The notes under the pieces: model-generated
Told to the model about the DNA's origin: nothing
Database searches by the model: none
Seen by the model: only the letters and a program-made list of their open reading frames with translations
Program-made: the position numbers and the translations under genes
Shown: piece by piece, positions 12,135 through 24,148 of the stretch
Layout: each line of letters starts with the position of its first letter
Position numbering within the stretch: position 1 is the stretch's first letter
From: Octopus sinensis
Taxonomy: Eukaryota
DNA: 39,737 bases
Direction: 5' to 3'
Assembly: GCF_006345805.1 (NCBI RefSeq)
Contig: NW_021835532.1
Location: forward strand, 1-39,737

Positions 12135-12441
12135 TATGCGCCCTTTTCAAGCCTAGCCAGTCTCATGGGCCCGGTTTCCCGGTTTTTGTGGCGCATGTGT
12201 TCCCCCCAGCTGGACGGGACGCCAGTCCATCGCATCGTTATCCAAGAAACAGGAAGAAAGAGTGAGAGAAAGTTGGGGCGAAAGAGTACAACAGGGGTCG
12301 CCACCACCCCCTGCCGGAGCGTTGTGGTGCCTTAGGTGTTTTCGCTCAATAAACACATACAACGCCCGGTCTAGGAATCGAAACCGCGATCCTCCGACAG
12401 CGAGTCCGCTGCTTTAACCACTGGCCCTCTGCGCCTCCACA
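12135..12441 (-). mobile_element. SINE family C head/core with tail type 3
   Basis: SINE-C head and core followed by gataacgatgcgatggactggcgtcccgtccagc…aaaagggcgc. Confidence 0.8.
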
Positions 12442-12459
12442 CTACACTTATACAGGCGA

Positions 12460-12610
12460 AGAATTCACAAAAAAACAAAAGACGAAGACAGGTGGTGTAG
12501 ACAAGAAACAGATGAATAAGTTTAACGCTCGGGAAGTGAGTAAGTCTTTAACGTTTCGAGCCTAACTCTTAAACAGAAAGGAACACAGAAAGAAACAAGG
12601 AGAGAAAATA
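12460..12610 (-). repeat. 'H' repeat with degenerate minimal hammerhead-like motif
   Basis: Reverse complement resembles 15155-15348; motif at 12544-12579. Confidence 0.6.
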
Positions 12611-12667
12611 AGCACTTCTACACTTATACACACATACTTGCACAAATACCCTGTTGATGTTAATCTT

Positions 12668-12872
12668 ACTTGTCATTTGACTGTTGCCATGCTGGAGCAC
12701 CGCCTTTAGTCGAGCAAATCGACCCCAGCACTTATTCTTTGTATGCCTAGTGCTTATTCTATCGGTCTCGTTTTACCGAACCGCTAAGTTACGGGGACGT
12801 AAACACATCAGCATCAGTTGTCAAGTGATGTTGGGGGACAAACACAGACACAAACGTATGGATATACACAAT

Positions 12873-12935
<63 letters not shown>

Positions 12936-13395
12936 TATATAGAGGGTACTACTATTCATAGATACCGCACGCTAGGAGGGGCCCTTGCGGTCATAGCTAC
13001 TAAAATAAACAAACTGTACCGAATGCATTTTATTTATTTTAGTAGTTATGGCCGCAAGGGTCCCTCCTAGCGTGCGGTATCTATGAATAGTAGTACCCTC
13101 TATATAATATAAATAAATATTTTCAAAGTGGAAAAATTTACGGATTTTGCTCTTACGAGGTTTTTCACCCTAACTACTGATAATTTCTTATAAAGATTTT
13201 ATCCTCAATTTAAAAATATATATATATACACACGATGGGCTTCTTTCAGTTTCCGTCTACCAAATCTAATCACAAGGCTTTGGTCGGCCCGAGGCTATAG
13301 TAGAAGACAATTGTCCAAGGTGCCACGCAATGGGACTGAACCTAGAACCACGTGGATGGTAAGCAAGCTACCTACCACACAGCCACTTCTACGCC
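12668..13395 (-). mobile_element. SINE family A interrupted in its internal (TA)n by a foldback element
   Basis: 3' half at 12668-12875 and 5' half at 13232-13395. Confidence 0.85.
12928..13216. mobile_element. Foldback element: 82-bp inverted arms plus ~100-bp extension, inserted in (TA)n
   Basis: Arms 12928-13009 and 13033-13114 with 3 mismatches; a related one-armed copy lies at ~23779-23925. Confidence 0.8.
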
Positions 13396-13499
13396 TTGTT
13401 GTTGAAAGTCCAATGAAGAAGCCTTAGATCCAGGTTAAAAACAAACTTTTCTCTATCGGCAAGAAATCTTGAAATAAAAATGAATAATGACATACATAG

Positions 13500-13915
13500 G
13501 CGCGGGTGTGGCTGTGTGGTAAGTAGCTTGCTAACCAACTACATGGTTCCGGGTTCAGTCCCACTGCGTGGCATCTTGGGCAAGTGTCTTCTGCTATAGC
13601 CCCGGCCCGACCAATGCCTTGCGAGTGGATTTGGTAGACGGAAACTGAAAGAAGCCCGTCGTATATATGTATATATATATATATATGTGCGTGTGTGTGT
13701 TTGTGTGTCTGTGTTTGTCCCCCTGGCATTGCTTGACAACCGATGCTGGTGTGTTTACGTCCCCGTAACTTAGCGGTTCGGCATAAGAGACCGATAGAAT
13801 AAGTACTGGGCTTACAAAGAATAAGTCCCGGGGGTCGATCTCCTCGACTAAAGGCGGTGCTCCAGCATGGCCGCAGTCAAATGACTGAAACAAGTAAAAG
13901 AGTAAAAGAGTAAAA
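13500..13915 (+). mobile_element. SINE family A, full length
   Basis: Matches consensus. Confidence 0.92.
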
Positions 13916-14401
13916 AAAGAGAAAAAGAAGAGTACATACATATGCGCATTCAGACATACATATATAAATACATACATATATACACATACACACATATATA
14001 CACATACATACATACATATATACACACACAAATTTTTCCCATTCCTTACCCTTTCAATTATCAAGAACATGATAATTATCACCGGCTTCCAATTTTAAGC
14101 CTTAAGTGGAAAATAAGTAAATAATGCTGTGAGAGAGATAAGGATCAGAGACGGGTTTGTTAAAGGGTTACCGTGCAAAAAGTTGTAAGGGCTTGTTAGC
14201 CCGGGCGGCTGGGTGGCTGGCTTCTCCGAATGGAACGGCAAAAATGTTGCCGGAAGAATTTAGATGAAAGAAATATCGCGAAAGACAAGGCAAGAAAATG
14301 TAAGAAAAATTCCGGAAGAGAGGGAAGGAACATAGGAAAGGCGCAGAAGTGTACGTCTGTGTGTGTGCGAGTGTGTGTATGTGTGTGTGTGTGTAGGCGT
14401 A

Positions 14402-14455
<54 letters not shown>

Positions 14456-14567
14456 TTAAATATACATATAAAAATATACATGTACTCACACTTTGAGTTC
14501 TATTTTTCCTGTTTGCATCACAAAATATATATATATATATATATTTGGTGATGCAAATATATATATA

Positions 14568-14607
<40 letters not shown>

Positions 14608-14774
14608 ATATTTATATATATATATATATATATAACTTATAAACAAGGGCAAAAGGAAACATTTTTAATGCCAAATATGCCGAAATAGACTTAATCGTCA
14701 ATAACCATATAATTTATCACTATAAGCACGTATTTCGAAGAAAACCAACAGAAATTTCTTTAAAAATTCCGTTA

Positions 14775-14835
14775 TTACCATATCGGACCCGATTTCAGAG
14801 TTAGTTCGTAAGAACCTTCCCTTCGTCAGTGATAA
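14775..14835 (-). ncRNA. Type I hammerhead ribozyme motif with complete core
   Basis: Minus strand: TTATCA-CTGACGA-AGGG aa GGTTC ttac GAACT aa CTCT-GAAA-TCG ggtc CGA-TA|TGGTAA. All three stems pair; cleavage triplet AUA. Confidence 0.8.
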
Positions 14836-14905
14836 ATGCGGCAAAGAAATAAATGAAATACTTACTCATACCCATGGAAGAAGCAAACACTAAGCCACGA
14901 GCACA

Positions 14906-14936
<31 letters not shown>

Positions 14937-15082
14937 ACTTATAAACAAGGCAAAAGAAAATATTCTAATACCAAATATGCCGAAATATGGACTTAATAGA
15001 CTAAATTTAACTTTTAATGGTATTTTTTTAATATGCTGGCGAGTGATAACATTTTTTCGAATATTTTTATCCAATATTAGAT

Positions 15083-15153
<71 letters not shown>

Positions 15154-15154
15154 G

Positions 15155-15348
15155 TTAGCTCCTACACGCATTTTTTTCTCTCCTTGTTTCTCTCCTTGTT
15201 TTTTGTCTGTGAATCTTTCTGTCGAAGAGCATAGGCTCGAAACGTTAAAGACTTTTTCTATTTCTATTCCTGAGCGCTATACTAATACATTTGCTTGTTT
15301 GTACTCCGACTGCCTTCGTCTTTTGTTTATTTTCGTAAACCTTCCCGT
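15155..15348 (+). repeat. 'H' repeat (~190 bp) with minimal hammerhead-like motif
   Basis: tcttt-CTGTCGA-a-gagc atag gctc-GAAACGTT-aaaga at 15214-15251. Confidence 0.65.
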
Positions 15349-15539
15349 TATGTATATATATATATATATATACTTGTCTGTGTGTGTACACGCGCGTGTG
15401 CGTATGCATTTGCTGATGCAAACAGGAAAAATGGAACACAAAAGATGTGTATATTGTTTTTTACTAATATTTAGCAGAAGCAAAAGTGACTCAAGGGGCG
15501 AGAGTGTCGTGCGCTGGCACTTTTCAAGCTAGTTAAAGA

Positions 15540-15782
15540 TATATACACACACACATGTATATATATATATATATATATATGATGGAGTGTAAATATGTAC
15601 ATATATACTTGCATATATATACATATACTTACATATATGTATGTAGATATATATATTATATATATATATACATATATATATATATTATATATATATATAT
15701 ATTATATATATATATATGTATATATATATATACATATATATATATATTATATATATATATATTTATACACATACGTATATAT

Positions 15783-15838
<56 letters not shown>

Positions 15839-15845
15839 GCATATA
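15540..15845. repeat. (TA)n-rich tract
   Basis: Directly visible. Confidence 0.95.
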
Positions 15846-16111
15846 GGGTACAACTGTCTTTGAAGACTCATACTGTCGTTCAATGCTCGAAATGTGGAGC
15901 AGGTAGACAGCCGACAACTGATGAAGGGTCGTTCTTTGTGTTACTTGTCCTCTCATTGCTTGCGTATTGAACTCATTCGCTTTCGTATTTCATACTGTTT
16001 ACTGTTGGTGACGTCCTGTAGTCATATACGCATATGTATGTATATATGTGTTTATGTGTGTGTTTGGGTGTGTTTGGGTGTGTGGGCGTGTGTGTATGTG
16101 TATATATATAT

Positions 16112-16260
16112 TATCTCTCTGTTTATTTCCCCGTGATCCTTTTTGTTGAAGAGCGTAGGTTCGAAACGTAAAAGATATTCTCACCTTCCCGAGTGTTAAA
16201 CTAATACACCTGTTTGTTGTTTATACGCCTGTTTTCGTCTTTTGTTTTTCTGTAAATTTC
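16112..16260 (+). repeat. 'H' repeat, diverged copy
   Basis: tgttgaagagcgtaggttcgaaacgtaaaagat plus similar downstream sequence. Confidence 0.6.
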
Positions 16261-16367
16261 AACTATATATACATATATATATTATTCATATTATTATTTG
16301 ATTGAACGCCACGCATCCATATCCAAGTATATATATATATATATATATATATGGAGTATATGTATAT

Positions 16368-16695
16368 GCGTGGAGGCGCAATGGCGTTGTTTGTGTTTAT
16401 TGAGCGAAAACACCTAAAGCTCCACGAGACTCCGGCAGGGGATGGTTGTGATCCCTGCTGTACTCTTTCGCCTCAACTTTCTCTCACTCCACTCTTACTT
16501 CCTGTTTCTGTTGTACCTGTATTTCAAGGGGCCGGCCTTGTCACTCTCTGCGTCACGCTGAATATCTCTGAGAACTACGTTAAGGGTGCACGTGTCTGTG
16601 GAGTGCTCAGCCACTTACACGTTAATTTCACGAGCAGGCTGTTCCGTTTATTCGGATCAACCGGAACCCTCATCGTCGTAACCGACGGAGTGCTT
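16368..16695 (+). mobile_element. SINE family C, tail type 1, with deletion in the tRNA head
   Basis: ggaggcgcaatggcg is joined directly to ttgtttgtgtttattgagcg. Confidence 0.85.
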
Positions 16696-17319
16696 CCATA
16701 TGTATATGCGTCAGTGTATAGCTAGGTAACTAGATAGACAGATTAATAAACTGATAGATAACTGTAAACACAGAGATGGAAATAGACCAGTAAACGGACA
16801 GATTCATTTAAAAGTTTATCTCTACTGTTTTTCTATAGAACTGAGTCAGAACTGAAAGTTACAACGTTTCTCGTACACATACATTTATGTAAAGAATCTG
16901 ATCGAAGATAGAAAATTAACGTAATGAGTGTATATGCATATTTCTAAAGTTATTGCACTTTCATCAGTACCACATCGAGCGCATCACCTATCCAAGACCA
17001 CTTTGCTTAAATACTCACTAAGTTTAGCGGCGTAACACTGTTGGATAGATGAATTTAAATATTAAACACGTGGCAACTGGTACATAAATATTAATTGCTA
17101 TCAAGGACACGGTATTCTGTTTTGTAACCGTGAGATACTATCGAGCATATTAAAGGCTTACGAGCCAATATTATGCCTTCCTATACGTTAGCAGTGCGAT
17201 GTCTTCATGTTTAAATTTATCTCTACGTATTTTCTATAGAATTTAGAAGTTATGACGTTTCGTGTATTTATCTTTCTGTCTCTCAATCTCTATGTGTTTG
17301 CATGTGTGTGTGTGTGTCT

Positions 17320-17352
<33 letters not shown>

Positions 17353-17781
17353 GTGTGTGTGTGTGTGTGTGTGTGTAGGTAGATTTATATACATAGTATT
17401 AGTACAAGAGGAGAAATAGAACACAATACACGAGTGTGTGTTTGTGTGTGCGCGCGTTTGTGAGTGAGAGTGTGTGCGTGTGTGAGTGTGTGTGTACGCA
17501 CGCGCGTGTGTGCACATGAACACTTACATAGACTTGTATTCCGATGTCTGTTGTCAGACAATTAGACTCACAGGCAGACAGAAAAACAGACAGACAGACA
17601 GACAAGCAAGCAAACAGGCAGGCAGGCCGACATACAGCCAGACAGGCAAGCCAATGGTAAGACGCTCGTGATATCAGACACACCCATTCGGAACTCGTAA
17701 ATCTTCGTTGTTATGACATATCGCTTCCGAGGTTCTTGAGACACAACAATATTCAGGAATTTCTATACATACATACACACA

Positions 17782-17815
<34 letters not shown>

Positions 17816-17819
17816 AGCG

Positions 17820-17983
17820 CAAAAGTAGCTGTGTGGTAAGTAGCTTGCTAACCAACCACATGGTTCCCGGGTTCAGGCCCACTGCGTGGCATCTTGGGCA
17901 AGTGTCTTCTGCTATAGCCTCGGGCCGACCAATGCCTTGTGAGTAGATTTGGTAGACGGAAACTGAAAGAAGCCTGTCGTATG

Positions 17984-18014
<31 letters not shown>

Positions 18015-18215
18015 TTGTGTGTCTGTGTTTGTCCCCCTAGCATTGCTTGACAACAGATGCTGGTGTGTTTACGTCCCCGTCACATAGCGGTTCGGCAAAA
18101 GAGACCGATAGAATAAGTACTGGGCTTACAAAGAATAAGTCCCGGGGTCGATTTGCTCGACTAAAAAAAGGCGATGCTCCAGCATGGCTGCAGTCAAATG
18201 ACTGAAACAAGTAAA
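17820..18215 (+). mobile_element. SINE family A, full length
   Basis: Matches consensus. Confidence 0.9.
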
Positions 18216-18316
18216 AGAGTAAAGAGTATATATGCATGCATACATACATACATACATACATACATACATACATACATACATACATACATACATACATACA
18301 TACATACATACATACG

Positions 18317-18838
18317 TTGGTGGCTGCCCCCTGGTTATCGAGTATGGCCGTTGCACGAAGCTTAATCAATGTTGTTATCGTGCAATGCCTGTGCAAGAAG
18401 ATTTTTTTTAAAGTGAGGAAAGGCTGTGCACTGAGTCAATCCCACTCACTAAGGAACAGCAGCCATAATCCGAAAAGAAGAACAAGTCAACATAATCGGT
18501 AACCACTGAGTCGCAGGTTTTATGTCGGAGTTATCCCAGTTACCTGAGCTGCCTTCTCCTAGAAGGATGCCCTAACAAAGGCTTGGAGTCCTTCACTCCC
18601 AATGGTTTAACCGCGCGATCGGGTATTCAGTCCGATTATTTCTATGTCCCCACGCATGATACAGCCTTAAGACATTTATTGGATGGCCGTTGACTCTCAA
18701 GAGTTCCTCCGCCCTTTGACGGGTTTTGTTTTTCATCTCGCAGGGTGTCCAATAAACACCCTCCTCACCAAGCAAGCTTGGTGGGGTTGCCGGTTTATTC
18801 GCCGACGACCCGACCATGCAACAGGTTGTACTGGGTTA
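18317..18838 (-). mobile_element. Non-autonomous RTE-related element, copy 2 (slightly 5' truncated)
   Basis: Closely similar to 10620-11171; flanked by (TACA)n. Confidence 0.75.
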
Positions 18839-18909
18839 TATACATATATACATACATACATACATACTTACATACATACAGACAGACACACACACACACG
18901 TTCTTGCAT

Positions 18910-19155
18910 ATTGGCTTAGTGGTTAGGGTGTTGCACTCACCATTGCGAGATTGTGGGTTCGATTCCCAGACCAGATGTTGTACTTCATTTCACGTTGCTC
19001 GGGCTATCATTTCGACATCTGACATGTGACACCCAGTTGCACCTGAACAGGTAATGTCGATCTGATGGAGGGAGTGAGCTTATGTCTACACAAACATTTG
19101 ATCACTATAAACGAATAATTTGTGTGGTTGTTCAGTAAGAAATTGTCAAACCCTC
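18910..19155 (+). mobile_element. tRNA-derived SINE with a distinct tail
   Basis: ggcttagtggttagg…gggttcgattccc head; internal deletion. Confidence 0.6.
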
Positions 19156-19164
19156 ATACGTCGT

Positions 19165-19241
<77 letters not shown>

Positions 19242-19414
19242 TATTTTTTTTTTCTTCTTTCAAATTTTCTTCCATTTCTTGCCGAGTGTCTTCCCGACTC
19301 CTAGGGCAAAGAAACTCATAGTGTATATTGGCAGGCCATTAAACCAAACTCAGTAGTTCGTTCACTTTTTTTTTTTTTTTAAGTTAAATTAAAATACATG
19401 AGCAGCAACAGTTC

Positions 19415-21415
19415 TCACATCGACAATGCTCTTCTCAATATGTGTGATGTACCAGTTAAGACAATCTTTTGCACTTCTTGCAGGGATGGTAAGCCAGGGA
19501 TCATTCTCATATAATTTTCGGTTCCCTTCTTGATCATTCCTAGTGCTCCTACGATCACTGGTATTGTAACCGCCTTGAGATGCCACATTTTCTCAATTTC
19601 AATGAGTAGGTCTTTATATTTTCTGAGCTTGTCAAACTCTTTCGCTGAGATATTATGATCACAAGGGATGCTCATGTCGATCAATAAGCAAACTTTATTG
19701 TTTTGGTCTTTCACAACAATATCTGGTTTATTGGCCTTGATGGTTCGGTCTGTATGTACTGGAAAGTCCCACAGAATGGTTACATTTTCTCCTTCAGTTA
19801 CAGCCTCAGGGTGGTGATTATACCACTTGTCGGCAGTTTTGATATTGTAATGCCGACTTATTAGCCAGTGGAGATATTGGCCAACTCTGTCATGTCTTAA
19901 TTTATACTCCACTGGTGCTAAGACTTTACATCCAGAGATTAGGTGGTCCACTGTTTCAATCATGTCGTTGCAGAATCGGCATTTTGGGTCTGCTCCATTT
20001 TTCATCACATTGGCCTGGTAGTTCCGGGTTAATAGGCTTTGGTCTTGAGCAGCCAGGATGAAACCTTCGCTCTCTGCTTTTAGCCCTGAGCTCCGCAACC
20101 ACTGATGGGTTTGCTTCTGGTCAACATCAGCTTGTTTGCTGCGGGTCACATATTTGCCGTGCAGAGGTTTCTCCTCCCACCTATCAGCCAATTGCTCGTG
20201 CGCTTTTTTCATTGCCATCATTTTCACCTTCTTTGCAACAATAGTTGCCGTACTTCCCTCGGGTTGTTCAGTTTGGGTATCCTGCACGAGATCAATAGCA
20301 AATTTTTTGCTTTCCTTGATGATAGAATGAAGCTTCTTTCGTCTCTCGTGATTTTTCACGAGCTTTAGCATCCAGTCATTCGATATTTCGAGATATTTGG
20401 CCAGTCCAATTGTGGTTGTTTTGTAAGCTAGTTCAAATTGGATCAGGCCTCGACCTCCTTGGGCCCTGGGAAGGTAAAGGCGATCTACGTCTGCCTTTGG
20501 GTGGTGCATCCTATTACAACTCAGCAGCTTGCGTATTTTTCTATCTATATTCTTTACTTCACTCATATTCCAGTTCAACACATTGTAGCTATAAGTAACA
20601 ACTGGAACTGCTAAGGAATTTATAGCTAACACCTTGTTACGTGCATTTAGTTCAGATTTCAGGACTGCACGAACATTCCTATAACATTCCTTCCTGATTT
20701 TCTCTTTCATGCTTGCATGCTGAATACCAGAGCCTTCATTTATCCCTAAATATTTGTATGTTTGTTCTTGCTCAAGCTCTCTTATGACTGTGTCAACATC
20801 TAACACGACTGAATTTGTGGTCTTCACTTTCCCTTTCTGGAAAGTGGCCTTGGCACACTTCTCAAGTCCAAACTCCATCCCGATGTCATCGCTGAATGAT
20901 TTCACGGTGCGCAATAGGCCTTCAAGTTCATTATTGTCTTTACCATAAAGTTTTAAGTCATCCATATAAAATAGATGGCTTATTTTTTTATTGGCAATTT
21001 TATACCCATACCCTGTTCTGTTTAATTCACTTGTAAGAGGTATTAGGGCTATGCAGAATATTAAAGGTGAAAGTGAGTCACCTTGAAAAATTCCACAGTT
21101 GATGTTTATATTTTCTGAGGCAAGTACTCCATTAGAGTGGTATAATTGGAGATTCGTATTCCACAACGACATATTGTGCTTCAGGAAGTTTGAAATCACA
21201 GGGGAAATTTTGAAGATGTCCAGCGATCTCAAGATCCATGGATGCGGTATACTGTCGAAGGCCTTTTTATAGTCAATCCATGCGGTGCTGAGATTTCTGC
21301 GCTTGTTGTGACAGTTCTCAAGGATCATACGATTGATTAGCAGTTGATCTTTGCATCCGTAAGAGCCTCGGCGGCACCCTTTTTGTTCAATGGGGAAAAT
21401 ATCGTTCTTCTTCAT
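19415..21415 (-). CDS. Reverse transcriptase plus restriction-like endonuclease (R4/Dong)
   Basis: QGDSLSP, YMDDLKLY, CRFC…HLISGC, RHD, KPDIVVKD…LIDMSIP, KLRKYKDL. The open frame extends upstream to ~21560 (DPKKTPEWLASG). Confidence 0.93.
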   Translation of the reverse strand: MKKNDIFPIEQKGCRRGSYGCKDQLLINRMILENCHNKRRNLSTAWIDYKKAFDSIPHPWILRSLDIFKISPVISNFLKHNMSLWNTNLQLYHSNGVLASENININCGIFQGDSLSPLIFCIALIPLTSELNRTGYGYKIANKKISHLFYMDDLKLYGKDNNELEGLLRTVKSFSDDIGMEFGLEKCAKATFQKGKVKTTNSVVLDVDTVIRELEQEQTYKYLGINEGSGIQHASMKEKIRKECYRNVRAVLKSELNARNKVLAINSLAVPVVTYSYNVLNWNMSEVKNIDRKIRKLLSCNRMHHPKADVDRLYLPRAQGGRGLIQFELAYKTTTIGLAKYLEISNDWMLKLVKNHERRKKLHSIIKESKKFAIDLVQDTQTEQPEGSTATIVAKKVKMMAMKKAHEQLADRWEEKPLHGKYVTRSKQADVDQKQTHQWLRSSGLKAESEGFILAAQDQSLLTRNYQANVMKNGADPKCRFCNDMIETVDHLISGCKVLAPVEYKLRHDRVGQYLHWLISRHYNIKTADKWYNHHPEAVTEGENVTILWDFPVHTDRTIKANKPDIVVKDQNNKVCLLIDMSIPCDHNISAKEFDKLRKYKDLLIEIEKMWHLKAVTIPVIVGALGMIKKGTENYMRMIPGLPSLQEVQKIVLTGTSHILRRALSM

Positions 21416-21546
21416 GAATGCATATGTTTTCTCCGCCAGGATAGATGTTAGGATTTTATACGTGGTGGATAGACAGGTTATAGGCCGATAGTTTTTTGGA
21501 AGGTTGGTTTCGTTATTCTTTGGGAGTAGGTAAGTAATGCCACTTG

Positions 21547-22278
21547 CTAACCATTCAGGTGTTTTCTTTGGGTCTCTTTCAGGATTTTCTGCCTCATTTC
21601 TGCCATAGACTCTCTGTGTTCTTCAGCAAATGCGAGATCTTCAGTTACTGTTGTTTTTTCGTTTTCCTGGCTATCTTTAACTGGTACAATAGAATTTCTT
21701 GTATCTTCAGGCCTTTGCGTACTTTGGTCAGATGGCAGTCTTTCAATTAAGCCTCGTGGCGGGCTATACTGTTCATCTGATTCTTCATTTCCTTTGTGTC
21801 TTATATTTATATCATTTTCCGTTGCGTGCTTGATCGCGCTTATTTCACTGTCTGTGAGTCTGTTATTTCTAAGGATATCCCTCCTCACATTTGCTAATTT
21901 GTTCTCGTCCAAATAGGGCCTACTGTCTTGATTCCGTGTTCTCCATATACTGTAAGAGTTTGCGGTGTGTCTCTCTTGAGATGACCTACCTAATGCATAG
22001 TAATAAGCGTATATTACTTCTTTATACTCTTCTCGGGTCCATTTGTTCTGCTTACATTTTTCTTTCTGTGGTGGTTGTGGTGGTGAACTTGGAGGGCTCG
22101 AGTTGGGGGATTTCCCGTTCAAGTGACCATCCATGTCCGTATTCGGAGAAGAGTTTGTGCCAGTTGATGACTTTTCGATCCCAGGCTGGCTCTTCCCTGG
22201 GGGACGCGCTTCCAGATTAACCATAGGACAATCGATTTGGTATACTGATTTAGTTTTCCTTTTAGTTTCCAAAAACAT
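21547..22278 (-). pseudogene. N-terminal part of the R4/Dong ORF, out of frame with RT
   Basis: Characteristic N-terminal motif; frameshifted junction near 21575. Confidence 0.8.
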
Positions 22279-22379
22279 TTTGGTGCTACTATAATGTTAT
22301 CATTTTTTAGCTTTGATTGGCTCGTGGGGAGACGGCCATCATTGCCGTTACAATTATAATCGTACCATTATAGCAGCCG

Positions 22380-22597
22380 TAGTCGGCTTATTATTGTTAT
22401 TATCATCACCATTACCATCACTATCATCATTATCACCACCATTACCATCATCATTATCATCATCACCATCACCATCACCACCATCATCATCAATGATATT
22501 GTTTTATGTGTAGTCACAGCAGTATCTTATTATTGTTATTTTTGTTTTTTTATCATTATCACCATCACAGTAGTGTCTGTCTGTCTCGTTATTATTA

Positions 22598-22655
<58 letters not shown>

Positions 22656-22701
22656 GATTATTATGATTATTATGATTATTATTATTATCATTATTATTAT
22701 T

Positions 22702-22743
<42 letters not shown>
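22380..22743. repeat. (TTA/TCA/CCA)n trinucleotide tract
   Basis: Directly visible. Confidence 0.95.
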
Positions 22744-23080
22744 GAGTGAGAGAGCAGGTCATGCCATCAAAGTAACACTGGGGTGAAATATACGAAGCCC
22801 AGTATACCCACCATGACTACCCGTCTGATAAGAGTACACTGGGCGCATGCATCACAACCATATGTGCAAGACATGGTGATCTCATATCAAGATAAACAGT
22901 ACATGACCTTGCAGGTGGGGCCCAGTTAGAATTTTCCTTCTGGTCGAGTAACCCATCCCGCTCAAAAGGTCCCTGAATAAGGGTTGTTTAAGGATGGTGA
23001 ACGAAACACCCATGTTTCTAGAAGTGAATTATTCAAACCCCAAAGAATCCCTCTCAACACATGGCTATGATGCTCCCTCA
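22744..23080 (-). mobile_element. ~340-bp TAA-associated interspersed repeat, copy 1
   Basis: Homologous to 35850-36198; (TAA)n on both sides. Confidence 0.8.
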
Positions 23081-23123
<43 letters not shown>

Positions 23124-23126
23124 TTA

Positions 23127-23179
<53 letters not shown>

Positions 23180-23193
23180 TTATATATATATAG

Positions 23194-23350
23194 GCGCAGG
23201 TGAGGCTGTTTGGTAAGAAGCTTCAATCCCAACCGCATGATCTAGGGTTCAGTTCCACAGCGTGGCACCTTGATCATCTACCATAGCCTCGGGCCGACAA
23301 AAGTCTTGTGAGTGAATATGGTAGACGGAAACTGAAAGAAGCCCGTCGTG
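23194..23350 (+). mobile_element. SINE family A, 5' half
   Basis: Similarity to consensus. Confidence 0.8.
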
Positions 23351-23778
23351 AAAAAAGGTCGTCAACATGGGATCCTTTGACGACAATGTAAATCTTCATT
23401 TGACTAAGGTAGGTTTGGCCGGATGATTAGCTAGCGAAGTATCCCCCTTTTTGAGTAATTGCTACTTCCAAGATTCTGCTAGCTAGGGAACACAATCCAG
23501 CCTGGATTTTTACCTACTCCATTCCTGATATTTTGAATTTGTATTTGCATGCACAGCAACGCCAGCTGCCAACCATGGATTATAAGATAACTCTTATCAG
23601 CCTATCGATCTTCGATATGGGGAAAATTTACCACCTTCTACGTCAATAAACCACTTTTGTTCCTGAAAGTTTGTTTTATATACTTTCTAAGGACTACTCG
23701 AACTTTATCAACTTCCTACACTTTGATTCTTCACCTGTCTTTGTCTTTTGTTATCTGTAAATATATATATATATATAT

Positions 23779-23925
23779 ATTTATATTATATAGAGGGCAT
23801 TATTACACATAAATGCCACACACCAGGAGGGACTTTTAAAGTCATAACTACCAAATATAAACGAATCTACCTGATAAATTCTTATTAAGATTTCTTATTA
23901 AGATTTTATCCTATTTTTAAAATTT
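23779..23925 (+). mobile_element. One-armed relative of the foldback element
   Basis: Starts tttatattatatagaggg and ends ttcttattaagattttatcct, within (TA)n. Confidence 0.65.
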
Positions 23926-23934
23926 TATATATAT

Positions 23935-23965
<31 letters not shown>

Positions 23966-24087
23966 GTATGTATATATATAAAGTTAATCCAAACAAGAAA
24001 GCACAAAAAAAACAACAACGCGAGGATGTGGAACAAATATATTGGACGCTCAGGAAAGAAGGAACTAGATTGTGTGTGTGTGTGGTG

Positions 24088-24118
<31 letters not shown>

Positions 24119-24148
24119 TGTGTGTGTTGTATGTGTATGTGTAGGCGT

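Larger units (their letters stand above)
19200..22290 (-). mobile_element. R4/Dong-clade non-LTR retrotransposon, internally deleted
   Basis: N-terminal KWTREEYKEVIYAYY…NKLANVRRDIL block, RT, CCHC, RLE, 3' UTR and (TAA)n tail; 5' boundary approximate. Confidence 0.9.

Noticed and set aside
9098-12335. Long ORFs such as MYVCMYVC…, HTYIHTYI… and poly-E/G/R
   Set aside because: Translations of microsatellites and the minisatellite
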